Shown: positions 1 through 8,594 of the stretch, one piece after another
Numbering within the stretch: the stretch's first letter is position 1
Layout: each line of letters starts with the position of its first letter
DNA from: Escherichia phage rolling
DNA: 46,017 nt
Sequence record: NC_073056.1
Direction: 5' to 3' (one strand)
The notes under the pieces: generated by a model
What the model was told of the DNA's origin: nothing
Databases searched by the model: none
Seen by the model: only the letters and a program-made list of their open reading frames with translations
Made by a program: the position numbers and the translations under genes

Positions 1-1
1 C

Positions 2-106
2 GCGCCAGCATTCGCAAGAAATGAGATAGAAGGTGTGGCGGATGGGGACCCGATTGATATACCGCAGGGCACGTTCATATCTGTTCGGGTTAATATGCCT
101 GAGTAA
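2..106 (+). CDS. 3' end of an upstream plus-strand ORF (partial; ...VNMPE*)
   Basis: Open frame entering the window and ending at TAA 104-106, followed by a terminator hairpin; read by eye, not in ORF track. Confidence 0.3.
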   Translation, partial: APAFARNEIEGVADGDPIDIPQGTFISVRVNMPE

Positions 107-117
107 AGCATAATGCG

Positions 118-141
118 AAGGGGCCATAAGGCCCCTTTTTT
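118..141 (+). terminator. Intrinsic terminator (AAGGGGCC-ATAA-GGCCCCTT + T-run)
   Basis: Perfect 8-bp GC-rich stem, 4-nt loop, T6 tract on plus strand; lies where rightward and leftward transcription converge. Confidence 0.6.
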
Positions 142-715
142 AGTTTGAGTTTTCCCAGTCCATCTTGCGCCGCACCAGCGGGCTTTCGTAGTAATCCTTG
201 CCTTCCACTTCCACTAAAGGCCAATCATTAACAATGACGTATGGCTCCGCGATATCTTCAATAACGCCGTGCGCGCTATGTTGTCCGAACGATACGCCCA
301 CCAGGATAACACCGGCAACGCGACGGGTCAGATATTCGCGAGCGCAACGTGCCTCAACCAGTCCGCGACGGATGCCGCTGGTGGCCTTAACCTCGTAGGT
401 CCAGACGGCATCAATCATGTGCTCACGGAAGTCGGGGCCGGACTTAACCTTGCGTTTACCGACCATGATAATATCGCCGCGGTCGATAGTATTGGCGCTA
501 AACAGGCCGGTACGCATAAGCAAGCCTTGCGGGATACAACTACGCCCGCCTGCCTGCCCTTCAAGGTACATGCCCGCAAACATCTCGCCCAGCACACCGA
601 CAAGTCGGCTTTGCTTGCACGCGTCAGACTTTAATCGCCACTGGTCAAACTCGACGCTCGCCAACATTGCCGCTATGTGGAATTGTTTACCTGATATTTC
701 GTATTCGCCGTACAT
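140..715 (-). CDS. Hypothetical protein (191 aa), last gene of leftward early operon
   Basis: ORF track; ATG with GAGGG RBS; no family recognised. Confidence 0.7.
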   Translation of the reverse strand: MYGEYEISGKQFHIAAMLASVEFDQWRLKSDACKQSRLVGVLGEMFAGMYLEGQAGGRSCIPQGLLMRTGLFSANTIDRGDIIMVGKRKVKSGPDFREHMIDAVWTYEVKATSGIRRGLVEARCAREYLTRRVAGVILVGVSFGQHSAHGVIEDIAEPYVIVNDWPLVEVEGKDYYESPLVRRKMDWENSN

Positions 716-757
716 TGTGAAGCCCTCATTGCTGCGGGCCGAAGCCCGCTATTAGAA

Positions 758-1276
758 TTATTTAAGTGCGCTAGTCACCAGTGTTTTTTCCATATTGCGG
801 AAGTCTTCCGGCGTCATGAGTATTTTGGACCCATCCTCGCCAGTGAGCACTACCATAGGCTGGACTTCTTGATCTGCCACACCGAAATTGGCGGCTTTAA
901 CGGTCTTGCCAGCAGATGGCAAAGGGTGCCACGTGCCGGTGGAGATAGGCCAACCCTTGAGGCTGTCGAATTGCGCTGCCGTTGTGTCGACCTGAATCTC
1001 GTCATGCACGGTCATGTAAGACTCGCCCAGCAGTGCGGCATACGCCACCAGGTCAACAATATTGTCTTCCTGGTGCTTACGGTGCTGGCGTACCAGCTTC
1101 AGGCAGATCAGGAAGGTCCAGGCTTCTTGCTCGGTCAGGTCGCGACCGGTAAGCGCGTTAAACACGACAGCGATCTGTTTAGCGCTGCGTTCTTCTTTCG
1201 CGTTGTCATAGCCGTTTTCTTTCCCGCGCTGTTCCATAGTGGTGGCGGCGTTCTTGCAGTATTCAAATGCTTTCAT
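758..1276 (-). CDS. Hypothetical protein (172 aa)
   Basis: ORF track; ATG with AAGGA RBS; promoter-like element and 5' hairpin upstream. Confidence 0.75.
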   Translation of the reverse strand: MKAFEYCKNAATTMEQRGKENGYDNAKEERSAKQIAVVFNALTGRDLTEQEAWTFLICLKLVRQHRKHQEDNIVDLVAYAALLGESYMTVHDEIQVDTTAAQFDSLKGWPISTGTWHPLPSAGKTVKAANFGVADQEVQPMVVLTGEDGSKILMTPEDFRNMEKTLVTSALK

Positions 1277-1320
1277 GATGTTTTCCTTTTAGTGGGGGCC
1301 GTATTGCCCCCGACGCGTTA

Positions 1321-1350
1321 ACTATAGTGCAACCAACCTATTGGTTGCAA
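1321..1350 (-). promoter_or_regulatory. Leftward sigma70-like promoter (TTGCAA-N18-TATAGT) with inverted ATTGGTTGCA motif pair in the spacer
   Basis: Minus-strand -35 TTGCAA (1345-1350), -10 TATAGT (1321-1326); inverted repeat TGCAACCAA (1328-1336) / TTGGTTGCA (1341-1349); followed by GGGGGC/GCCCCC hairpin 1294-1311. Confidence 0.5.
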
Positions 1351-1366
1351 GTAAATTTTGCCACGT

Positions 1367-1708
1367 TTATAGAATAAATTTTCGGGACCAGATCGCCTTA
1401 AATTCTGGCGGTGGGGTGTCGTCCAGCATGTGGCGCATGAACAACCGGCCCGTCGGGAATACTTCCAATTGCTTGGCGGTCGTGTCCCAGCATTCGCGCT
1501 GCCGGTTGGTCAGATACGCTATCTTGAAGCCTTGCTCTTCATACATGCGCAGCAGCGGCAGCATATCCATGTTCAGATCTTCGCGGACGTGCGCTTTGTG
1601 CCACTTTGCCCAAAAGGTTGATTTCGTTTTTATCCCCGGCACCAGGTCGGCACGCGCATCGCTTGAGCCGTTAATAACGCCATCCAAATCGCAAATCAGT
1701 AATTTCAT
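1367..1708 (-). CDS. HAD-like hydrolase motif protein (113 aa; LICDLDGV)
   Basis: ORF track; N-terminal DxDGV resembles HAD motif I; short for a full HAD fold; ATGA overlap with upstream gene. Confidence 0.6.
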   Translation of the reverse strand: MKLLICDLDGVINGSSDARADLVPGIKTKSTFWAKWHKAHVREDLNMDMLPLLRMYEEQGFKIAYLTNRQRECWDTTAKQLEVFPTGRLFMRHMLDDTPPPEFKAIWSRKFIL

Positions 1709-1929
1709 TTTAAACTCTCAATAAGGGTGTAACGGGCGCTTCGCGCAGTAAAGGAGTTGCACACGAAATGGCAACGCTGAGTCATGACAAGCCAACCGGT
1801 GAGGTCAAGGCCCAGGATGTATTCGGGGCGAGACGCGCGCACCACACGATTGCGTCGCTGGTCAATACCGTAGTCTTTTTGCATTTGGTCTACTACCGCT
1901 GGGTCGCGGTCAACGATTAAGATATTCAA
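1705..1929 (-). CDS. Hypothetical protein (74 aa)
   Basis: ORF track; non-ATG start preceded by AAGGAG-like RBS; translationally coupled to next gene. Confidence 0.5.
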   Translation of the reverse strand: MNILIVDRDPAVVDQMQKDYGIDQRRNRVVRASRPEYILGLDLTGWLVMTQRCHFVCNSFTARSARYTLIESLK

Positions 1930-2395
1930 GGAGTTCTCCTTCGCTCATTATTTCAATTTGTGCGCTGCTGGTGGGCGGCGCTTCGTCAAATATTATCAAT
2001 TGCTGGCACTTATTATTGCTCGGCCCAACTTCGCCGGTCACAGCATGGATGAATCGCACACGCCAGTCCAGAAGAATTATCATATTGGCAGTCTTCCGGG
2101 CCAGCTTCGCCCACTTCGTCGACGTGTCCTGATTCAGTAGCATGACAGTACGGCGACCGTGCGCAGCGCACTCGACCCACGGCAGCGGATCGGAGTACGG
2201 CGGATTGCACCACTTCCACCCTTTCAACTCTGACCAGTCCGCCTCAAGCGCGCTATGCTCTGCCGTGAAGTAACGCGGCAGCAGGTGATTGGCGTCGCTT
2301 GCCGCCATATCGTAACGGAATCGGTACTTGCGGCGCAGCGGTTTAAATAAAGCTGGCGGCGTGCGCCAGCTATCCTTTTGCTCATTCTTCGTCAT
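1910..2395 (-). CDS. DNA N6-adenine methyltransferase, phage Dam family
   Basis: N-terminal WRTPPALF...FRYDMAAS and catalytic NPPY (WCNPPYS) motifs; start taken at internal ATG (M14 of track ORF 1910..2434). Confidence 0.8.
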   Translation of the reverse strand: MTKNEQKDSWRTPPALFKPLRRKYRFRYDMAASDANHLLPRYFTAEHSALEADWSELKGWKWCNPPYSDPLPWVECAAHGRRTVMLLNQDTSTKWAKLARKTANMIILLDWRVRFIHAVTGEVGPSNNKCQQLIIFDEAPPTSSAQIEIMSEGELLEYLNR

Positions 2396-2834
2396 GGTCG
2401 GGGGATATCGCGTAAAGGGCAATTTTCTTATCACTGTTTAATATGCGTAGTATGCGCTTTGACACCTCGGCGCTAAGCGCATACCGGTGTAATTCTTCGC
2501 GGCCCAGCCACCCTACCGGAACCAGATCTTTCCGGTCGATCTTAGACTGGCGACCTTTGGGGCGCACGTACTCCTCGGCCCGTTTGCAATGCTCACGCAG
2601 CCCGTCGGCAGTGATGCGGTTTAGTGCAACGCTGGTGGTGTATCCGGTGCGCTGCATAATCCCCATCAATTCGAATAGCAGTTCGAAGCGATCCTCTAAC
2701 TCATGGCGCACTTTCTTCTCGCCTTCATATAGCGCCTGGTTGGTGTCTGCCAGCGCGTTCGCGCGTTCGACCTGTTCGCGGGCTTCGAGGCATTGCGCGG
2801 CCCAGTAATTTTTCTCTTCTTGTAAAATTTTCAT
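2382..2834 (-). CDS. Hypothetical protein (150 aa, coiled-coil-like)
   Basis: ORF track 2382..2876; start moved to internal ATG (M15) with GGAG RBS. Confidence 0.65.
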   Translation of the reverse strand: MKILQEEKNYWAAQCLEAREQVERANALADTNQALYEGEKKVRHELEDRFELLFELMGIMQRTGYTTSVALNRITADGLREHCKRAEEYVRPKGRQSKIDRKDLVPVGWLGREELHRYALSAEVSKRILRILNSDKKIALYAISPDHDEE

Positions 2835-2887
2835 CGTGTTGTCTCCAGGTATTAAAAAGGGCGTCCAACCGGACACCCTTAAGATAA

Positions 2888-2914
2888 TGCAACCAATCTA
2901 ATTACGCAACCAAT
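2888..2914 (-). promoter_or_regulatory. Direct pair of GCAACCAAT motifs upstream of gene 2382..2834
   Basis: TGCAACCAAT 2888-2897 and CGCAACCAAT 2905-2914; a GC hairpin (~2856-2877) follows in the 5' leader. Confidence 0.45.
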
Positions 2915-3238
2915 TTATTCATAAAAATTCGGGTCGCGCGCTACATCTACCAGATAAAGGTTGCTCATTCGGTTGCCGTAGTGCCCTGGCGTGCGCTGGC
3001 GACACACAACTGCGAAGCCTGGAGGGATTGTATTGCCGGTTTCGATAATCCACGCCACGCGCGCGCCAGACAGCTTCTTGCCGTTGCATTCGATACGCGT
3101 ACCGCCATCGGCAGTGTTAAGGTTGCCAATCTTGCTGCCGGTGGACTTAAGGCGAATAACGCCGGTCTTGCTGTCGTAGGAGAATAACTGGTTAGTCATT
3201 GCGACCGAGAAGTCGATGGCTTCGAATGTAGTATTCAT
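2915..3238 (-). CDS. HNH-endonuclease-like protein, apparently degenerate (107 aa)
   Basis: SYDSKTG...NGKK...ARVAW...GNTIPPG pattern resembles HNH_3 homing endonucleases, but the expected His (HRxxW) and DH residues are replaced. Confidence 0.5.
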   Translation of the reverse strand: MNTTFEAIDFSVAMTNQLFSYDSKTGVIRLKSTGSKIGNLNTADGGTRIECNGKKLSGARVAWIIETGNTIPPGFAVVCRQRTPGHYGNRMSNLYLVDVARDPNFYE

Positions 3239-3930
3239 TTTAAATTTCCCTCATTGACTGCTATTGCGAAGCCGCGCGGAGTGAGCGACCGTATTAATTT
3301 GGTGCGGGCAGATTTGCCACCGAGGCGACTATACTGCTTCGAGTACCCTTTTTCAACGAATACCGGCTTTTTCTCCGGCATACGAAAGCCGTTGCCGGTC
3401 CATAAACAGGTCAGCTTTGGATATGAATCGCGGTCGTTGATGTATTCTGGGAACAACGGGTGCGCGTCATCCTCCGGCAGATAGCCGCCATACTCCCACG
3501 GGTCAAACGAGTGGTCTGGCTTGCGCCACTGGGTGGACAGCACACTGCGCGGATTCTCAATCATATATGGCACTTCAAAGAAGTCACCCAGGTAAGCGGC
3601 AATCTTCGCGGTGCGCACGGCCTTAAGCTGAAAGGCGGGGTCTTTCGCACGCTTACGCGGGAACGCGGGCGCACCGCTCACCGCCAGATCCGTGCACGGT
3701 GGGAAAGCGTAGATGACGTCTGGCGTACCAAAATCGCCATTCATAGCGCGGTCTACGAAGTCCAGATCGATAAACTCATTGCGATAGCGGATGCCACGCC
3801 CATAGATACGGTAGTCGAGGTAAGACCCGTGATCGGCTTCGGAGTAGTTGAAACAGTAGCATTTATGCCCCATCTCGGCAGCACGCTCTACCATCAAGCC
3901 GCTGCCGTCAAATAATGACCAGATAATCAC
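3235..3930 (-). CDS. Compact DNA (cytosine-5)-methyltransferase-like protein (231 aa)
   Basis: Motif I-like SLFDGSG, motif IV-like FPPCTDLAVSG, motif VI-like MIENPRSV in canonical order; shorter than typical C5-MTases. Confidence 0.55.
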   Translation of the reverse strand: MIIWSLFDGSGLMVERAAEMGHKCYCFNYSEADHGSYLDYRIYGRGIRYRNEFIDLDFVDRAMNGDFGTPDVIYAFPPCTDLAVSGAPAFPRKRAKDPAFQLKAVRTAKIAAYLGDFFEVPYMIENPRSVLSTQWRKPDHSFDPWEYGGYLPEDDAHPLFPEYINDRDSYPKLTCLWTGNGFRMPEKKPVFVEKGYSKQYSRLGGKSARTKLIRSLTPRGFAIAVNEGNLK

Positions 3931-5351
3931 TTGCGCACCTTCTTAGCTTTCATGTATTCCATCAAATCGTCCTGAATATCGCGCTTACCGTCGCGGCGGT
4001 CTGCCACCAGTTCGTCCAGTGTCCCGCGTGCCTGGATAATGTAGACGAATACCGGTCGAGGGTGTCCGGCTTGCATCTGGCGTACCGGCCCGATACGCTC
4101 CACGATCTGCGCAAAGTGCTCATAGTTCCACGTATCCGAGAAGATAGCCAGGTGATGACCGCCGTCCTGCAAGTTGAGGCCGTGACCCGCCGATGCTGGG
4201 TGTGCGAACATGATGGGGATCTCGCCCCTGTTCCACGCTTCCACATCCTTATTGCCCTGCTTGCCTTTACCCATCGCAACGCCGTGGGGAAACTTCTTCT
4301 TCAGACGTGCCAGGTCGTGCTTGTACTGATACGCAACGAGCAACGGCGCGCCGTTCAACTCTTCTACGATACTTTCCAGCGCGTCCAGCTTGGCGTCGTG
4401 AATCTTCACCCACTCGTCGGTCCGTTCGCCGTCCTCGTCTACCTTATACACGGCACCGGAAGCAAGCTGGAGGCACTTGATGGTCTTCGCCGCAGCGTTC
4501 GCCGCTTCCACTGTTCCGCTTTCCAGTTCGGCAAATAGCTCGCTCTCAAACTGGTCGTAAATCTTGCGGGCTTTCTTCGGCAGGTCCACAACAACCGGCG
4601 TGTAGATGGGCTTGTCACATCCGAAGTATTCAGCCGCGTCCACGGTAAGGGATACATCGGACAGGCGTTGTTGGATCTCCTTCTCGGAGTTCTTGAGCGG
4701 GGCGTGCTGCATAGTGAAGCTGCCGGGTTTAACAGGCTTGCTAATAAACCAGCGATCGGTGAATGCTTTATAACTACTACCGAGGCGTTCTCCACCGTCG
4801 ACAAACCACGTCTGCCCCCATAAGTCCTTCAGTCCGTTTGGTGCAGGTGTGCCGGTAAGGTTAATCCAACGATTGACGTGCTTATGTGCGATCGCCGCCA
4901 GTGCGCGTGCGCGCTTACTACCCTGCTTACTTCGGTAGCCTTTCAGCTTAGTGGATTCATCGGCAACAACGACCGTAAAGGGCCACTCGTCGCCGTAATA
5001 CTCGACAAGCCACTCAACCACATCATAGTTAACGCAAACCACGTTAGCGTTGCTCTCAAGCGCTGCAATGCGGTCTTTCTCTGGTCCGGTGCCGTCTACT
5101 ACCAGCAGGGCTGGGAATCTCCATTTTTCTTGTTCCGGGGGCCACGTACCTGACGCAACGCGCAGCGGGGCTAGCACCAGTACGCGGTCTTCCTGGTTGG
5201 ATAGGATGCCAGTCTGGAACATTTTGTTGAGCGCCCACATAGTCGCGCCGGTTTTACCAGACCCCATTGTCGCCCAAATATTACAACGTTCGTGCTTGAG
5301 AATAAACGCGGTTATCAATTTCTGATATTCGCGACGTCGGAAGCGTGCCAT
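3927..5351 (-). CDS. Superfamily 2 (SNF2/DEAD-like) helicase
   Basis: Walker A TMGSGKTG, DExx box VVADEST; start at internal ATG M31 of track ORF 3927..5441. Confidence 0.8.
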   Translation of the reverse strand: MARFRRREYQKLITAFILKHERCNIWATMGSGKTGATMWALNKMFQTGILSNQEDRVLVLAPLRVASGTWPPEQEKWRFPALLVVDGTGPEKDRIAALESNANVVCVNYDVVEWLVEYYGDEWPFTVVVADESTKLKGYRSKQGSKRARALAAIAHKHVNRWINLTGTPAPNGLKDLWGQTWFVDGGERLGSSYKAFTDRWFISKPVKPGSFTMQHAPLKNSEKEIQQRLSDVSLTVDAAEYFGCDKPIYTPVVVDLPKKARKIYDQFESELFAELESGTVEAANAAAKTIKCLQLASGAVYKVDEDGERTDEWVKIHDAKLDALESIVEELNGAPLLVAYQYKHDLARLKKKFPHGVAMGKGKQGNKDVEAWNRGEIPIMFAHPASAGHGLNLQDGGHHLAIFSDTWNYEHFAQIVERIGPVRQMQAGHPRPVFVYIIQARGTLDELVADRRDGKRDIQDDLMEYMKAKKVRK

Positions 5352-5355
5352 ATCT

Positions 5356-5580
5356 TTATTCCGCCTTTTTCCAGACTTCGGTTTCACTGTTCCAATTCCT
5401 CTTTGTGGCGTCGTAGTTGGTGTCGTGTCCGATGTGCACACCGGTCGAGCGGAAGCTTTTAAACTTCTGCCAGCACACCGTCAACGGCAGCGGGTCATTC
5501 ATGCCTGCGATAAACCACACGCGATCACCTGGTTTGCACTCGCCCAGCTTGGTGAGTCGGTAATGTTCTTTCATCGTCAT
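5356..5580 (-). CDS. Hypothetical small protein (about 74 aa)
   Basis: C-terminal part of track ORF 5356..5787 from internal ATG (M70); upstream part overlaps a better Zn-ribbon ORF in another frame; weak RBS. Confidence 0.4.
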   Translation of the reverse strand: MTMKEHYRLTKLGECKPGDRVWFIAGMNDPLPLTVCWQKFKSFRSTGVHIGHDTNYDATKRNWNSETEVWKKAE

Positions 5581-5617
5581 GTATCCCAAAAATGGCGGGA
5601 CAAGCCCGCCGTATTGA

Positions 5618-5791
5618 TTATTCTTGTTCTGCGCGATAGCGGCGCTGCCTTTCACGCTCTTTCTTATTGCGGCACGATTTGCACTCGGCCCGATGACCGT
5701 CTGGACTGCGCGCAGTCTTGCCGGTGTATTTGTGGAACTGGGATAGCGGCTTGATGCATCCGCAATTACTGCAACGTTTTTCTTCAATCAT
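5618..5791 (-). CDS. Zinc-ribbon protein (57 aa; CSNCGC...CKSC)
   Basis: Four Cys in two CxxC pairs; internal ATG (M21) with GAGGA RBS; GCAACCAAT motif at 5848-5856 upstream. Confidence 0.5.
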   Translation of the reverse strand: MIEEKRCSNCGCIKPLSQFHKYTGKTARSPDGHRAECKSCRNKKERERQRRYRAEQE

Positions 5792-5831
5792 TTCTAAAAT
5801 CCTCGATAGTGCTAACCGGCACACTATACCG

Positions 5832-6110
5832 CTACGCGACCAATTCAGCAACCAATAAATTGCAGTCGGCTATGTTGTCTATAACGCGAACGTCAGCACC
5901 GCGGCGGGCCATCCGTTCATGTTCTCGCACCTGGTGCGGCTTCGGTTTTCCGCCGGGGCGCTTCACTTCGACGAATACTACTCTGCCGTTTATGATAATA
6001 ATCAGGTCGGGCGCACCTGCGCGCCCCTCCCATGCCAGTTTGCGGCAGAATCCGCCAACGGCTTTTACCAGCTTCATCAGGTGACTTTGTATCTTGCCTT
6101 CTGGAGTCAT
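5832..6110 (-). CDS. VRR-NUC domain nuclease
   Basis: PD-(D/E)xK-like GAPDLIIIINGRVVFVEVKRPGGKP signature; ATG start; ATGA overlap with next gene. Confidence 0.75.
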   Translation of the reverse strand: MTPEGKIQSHLMKLVKAVGGFCRKLAWEGRAGAPDLIIIINGRVVFVEVKRPGGKPKPHQVREHERMARRGADVRVIDNIADCNLLVAELVA

Positions 6111-6298
6111 TTGGTTTGCAACTCCACGTTACGCAGACGTAGATCTACCGGTATGTCAGATCGACCGGTTAGCGCCAGCGCCAGGTTTTCAGGCGTGACA
6201 AGTGCCGTAATGGTCTTGCCACGTTCCAGTCTAAGGACGATGCGAATCTCGGCATCGTCCGTCGCGCCAGCGCGCATTATGCTCATTTCTGCTTTCAT
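6107..6298 (-). CDS. Hypothetical small protein (63 aa)
   Basis: Track ORF 6107..6343 from internal ATG (M16) with AGGAAG RBS. Confidence 0.45.
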   Translation of the reverse strand: MKAEMSIMRAGATDDAEIRIVLRLERGKTITALVTPENLALALTGRSDIPVDLRLRNVELQTK

Positions 6299-6302
6299 AA
6301 TC

Positions 6303-8594
6303 TTACTTCCTGTACCGGTACATAATGTCGCCTTCGGCGGCAAGTGGGAAACCTTTCGCCCATATAGGCAGGTCGCACATCAGCGCGCAAAGCTCCTCGG
6401 TCGTGTAGTCGTCGGTGTCCGGCACTTCCGTGATCAATTCATCGTGCACTGACAGGACGATTTCATAGCCCGCAGCTTCAACACCAGGCATGGACCATGC
6501 GAGAATATCGCGGCACAACGCCTGTACGATGTTCTCCGTAAGTTTGCCGCCGTAGGTGTACTGGAATCCCCACTGGCGCGTCGTCTGATTCTCGCCCTGG
6601 TATTTGATGCGGGTACTGGTGCGCTTCTTGCCGGTGTCTTCGTCAATTTCAGTCGTGACAGACAGCGCGATGCCGGGGTAGCTCATGATGCGCCCCGACG
6701 GCAACTCAATTTTCAACCACCACCCCGCGGCGTTCGGGTCGTCGCGCTCCTCGTCGAAGGTTGGGTCGTGCTTCGCCTTCGTGCGCACAATCTTGAGCGC
6801 TTTCCTACCGTCCGGGCGAACGTTCGCGCCAGCCCAGTATGCTTTACCCGGATTGCGGATTGCACACAGCACCGCTTCCTCAAGCTCGGCCCAAAAGGCT
6901 ACGGTCTTCGGGTGCGACTCACGCCACATACGTTTGATCGCGTCGCAGGTCAACCACACGTTTTTAGGCAGTATGTAGGTTGGGCGCTCGTCTTTCTTGC
7001 CAGGCTTCGGCGGGCGCTTCGCTTCGTTGATGCGGGCAAACTCATAGCCACGCTTCGCCGCCGCCCAAATGTGATCGGGGAATGTTCCCTTCATTACGTC
7101 AGCCATCGCGTACAGGTCGAGGCCCAGGTTTTTAGCGAACTGCAAGAACGCAGCAACGCCGCCACCATATCCCAGTCCCAATTCACACGCCTTACCAATC
7201 TGGCGTAGGTCTTTGCGGTTGGCCTTGATGTAGTCCGGGTCGAGGCCGAACATCTTACCGGCAGTTTCACAATAGATATCGCGTCCGGCCTTAAACACCA
7301 TTAGCGCGGTTTTCTCGCCCGCGATCCAGGCAAGGCCGCGCCCTTCCACGTTGGAGTAGTCCGCTACGACAAACTTCTTGCCCTTAGCCGGGATAATGCA
7401 CCCGCGAACGGTCGAGGCGGTTAGCTTCGATATGTCATACGCCCAGTGTGCGGTACCGCGTAACAGGGAGTTGATGCCGTTGGTGAGCATATGAGATCGG
7501 ACCCAAAACGAAACGTCGCTCTCACCTTCTCGGCGCTTAATCTTCCCTTCGTGGTCATCACTGTACTCGCCACGTGCCAGGTTTTGAGGCTGAAAGCCTT
7601 TACCGGCCCAGCGTAGTGTGCGCTTTGCCCCACCGTACTGAAGACAACCACGGCGGCGACCATCGGCAGACAGGCCATTTACGAGCGGATTGTATTTAGT
7701 CGATGCCGTTGATGACGCACCGAGGCGCATCTCAATAAGCACTTTGCCCTCGTCGGGGAAGTCTGGATCTTCCAGCAAGTCATTCAGCGTGGATTTCTGC
7801 GCGTTGTGAATTGTGAACGCCGGGGCAATATCACGCAGGATTGGCAGGAAGTCATTGCCAGTCAGCTTACCGCCGAACAGTTCCCAGGCTTCTTCCTTCA
7901 ATTCCTCTTTATGCACCTGCACCGCCTTGATCGCGGCGTTAGCCAGGTCAACGTCCACATAGAAGCCACGGTCGTTAATCAACTGGTCAATAAGCAGGAT
8001 TTCGTCTTCCTTCGGCGTGTTACCCCAGTCCGGTATGCGCCAGTAGACTTCACGCATTGCGATAATATCCAGCGCGGCATAGCGCAGGAATTTAGCCCAT
8101 TCTTCCGGGTGTGTGTCGCGGGTGTAGCGGCGGATTTTGTAGGTCTTAGGGGTAGGCTTACAGAATCGTTTGATCAGCGCCTTGCCAGCCTTATCCTTCG
8201 CGTGCTCTGCGTCAACGCCCAGTACCCGGCATTGCATATCAAGACTACCCGGCAGCGCATGTCGGAAGGCCATAATCATGGTATCTTCGATCTGGCTTAC
8301 CGGCAGGTCAATACCCCACTTTTCACGGATAACCAGGCGGTCAAACAGGAGGCCGTTCGCCATCACTATTTTTGCTTTTTTGCGGGTTACCTGGCGGAGC
8401 GCCTTGCGTAGTTCACGCGGCATCGTGGGAGATTCAGTGGCGTCCCATGTCTGCACGCGGCCCTCGTCTATGGCGTAGGTGCAAATCATAATCTCGGTGG
8501 TGGGGTGTTCCGCGTAGGCATACGCACCTGCTTTCTTCAGGTCCACCCCGCTAAACGTCTCGGTGTCGAGAAATAGGCGTTCGAAGTCTTTCAT
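6303..8594 (-). CDS. DNA polymerase, family A, with 3'-5' exonuclease domain
   Basis: Exo I motif FLDTETFSG; Pol motif A DYSNVEGR, motif B KACELGLGYGG, motif C SVHDELITEV. Confidence 0.95.
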   Translation of the reverse strand: MKDFERLFLDTETFSGVDLKKAGAYAYAEHPTTEIMICTYAIDEGRVQTWDATESPTMPRELRKALRQVTRKKAKIVMANGLLFDRLVIREKWGIDLPVSQIEDTMIMAFRHALPGSLDMQCRVLGVDAEHAKDKAGKALIKRFCKPTPKTYKIRRYTRDTHPEEWAKFLRYAALDIIAMREVYWRIPDWGNTPKEDEILLIDQLINDRGFYVDVDLANAAIKAVQVHKEELKEEAWELFGGKLTGNDFLPILRDIAPAFTIHNAQKSTLNDLLEDPDFPDEGKVLIEMRLGASSTASTKYNPLVNGLSADGRRRGCLQYGGAKRTLRWAGKGFQPQNLARGEYSDDHEGKIKRREGESDVSFWVRSHMLTNGINSLLRGTAHWAYDISKLTASTVRGCIIPAKGKKFVVADYSNVEGRGLAWIAGEKTALMVFKAGRDIYCETAGKMFGLDPDYIKANRKDLRQIGKACELGLGYGGGVAAFLQFAKNLGLDLYAMADVMKGTFPDHIWAAAKRGYEFARINEAKRPPKPGKKDERPTYILPKNVWLTCDAIKRMWRESHPKTVAFWAELEEAVLCAIRNPGKAYWAGANVRPDGRKALKIVRTKAKHDPTFDEERDDPNAAGWWLKIELPSGRIMSYPGIALSVTTEIDEDTGKKRTSTRIKYQGENQTTRQWGFQYTYGGKLTENIVQALCRDILAWSMPGVEAAGYEIVLSVHDELITEVPDTDDYTTEELCALMCDLPIWAKGFPLAAEGDIMYRYRK

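Noticed and set aside
140-715. Assignment of the 191-aa protein to a 7-deazaguanine or nucleotide-modification enzyme family
   Set aside because: No diagnostic motif for FolE, QueC, QueD, QueE, DpdA or S24 peptidase could be recognised by eye; left as hypothetical
1367-1929. Single frameshifted HAD-family hydrolase spanning ORFs 1705..1929 and 1367..1708
   Set aside because: The HAD motif I (DxDGV) is in the downstream ORF, the wrong order for a fusion; the ATGA overlap fits two translationally coupled genes
5356-5787. Full-length 143-aa ORF
   Set aside because: Its N-terminal half overlaps, in another frame, a 57-aa ORF with a convincing CxxC...CxxC zinc ribbon and a good RBS; only the C-terminal part from an internal ATG was kept, at low confidence
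6685-8478. Plus-strand ORFs antisense to the DNA polymerase gene (6768..7208, 7806..8411, 8170..8478)
   Set aside because: Lie entirely within the strongly supported polymerase CDS on the opposite strand; no start or RBS context
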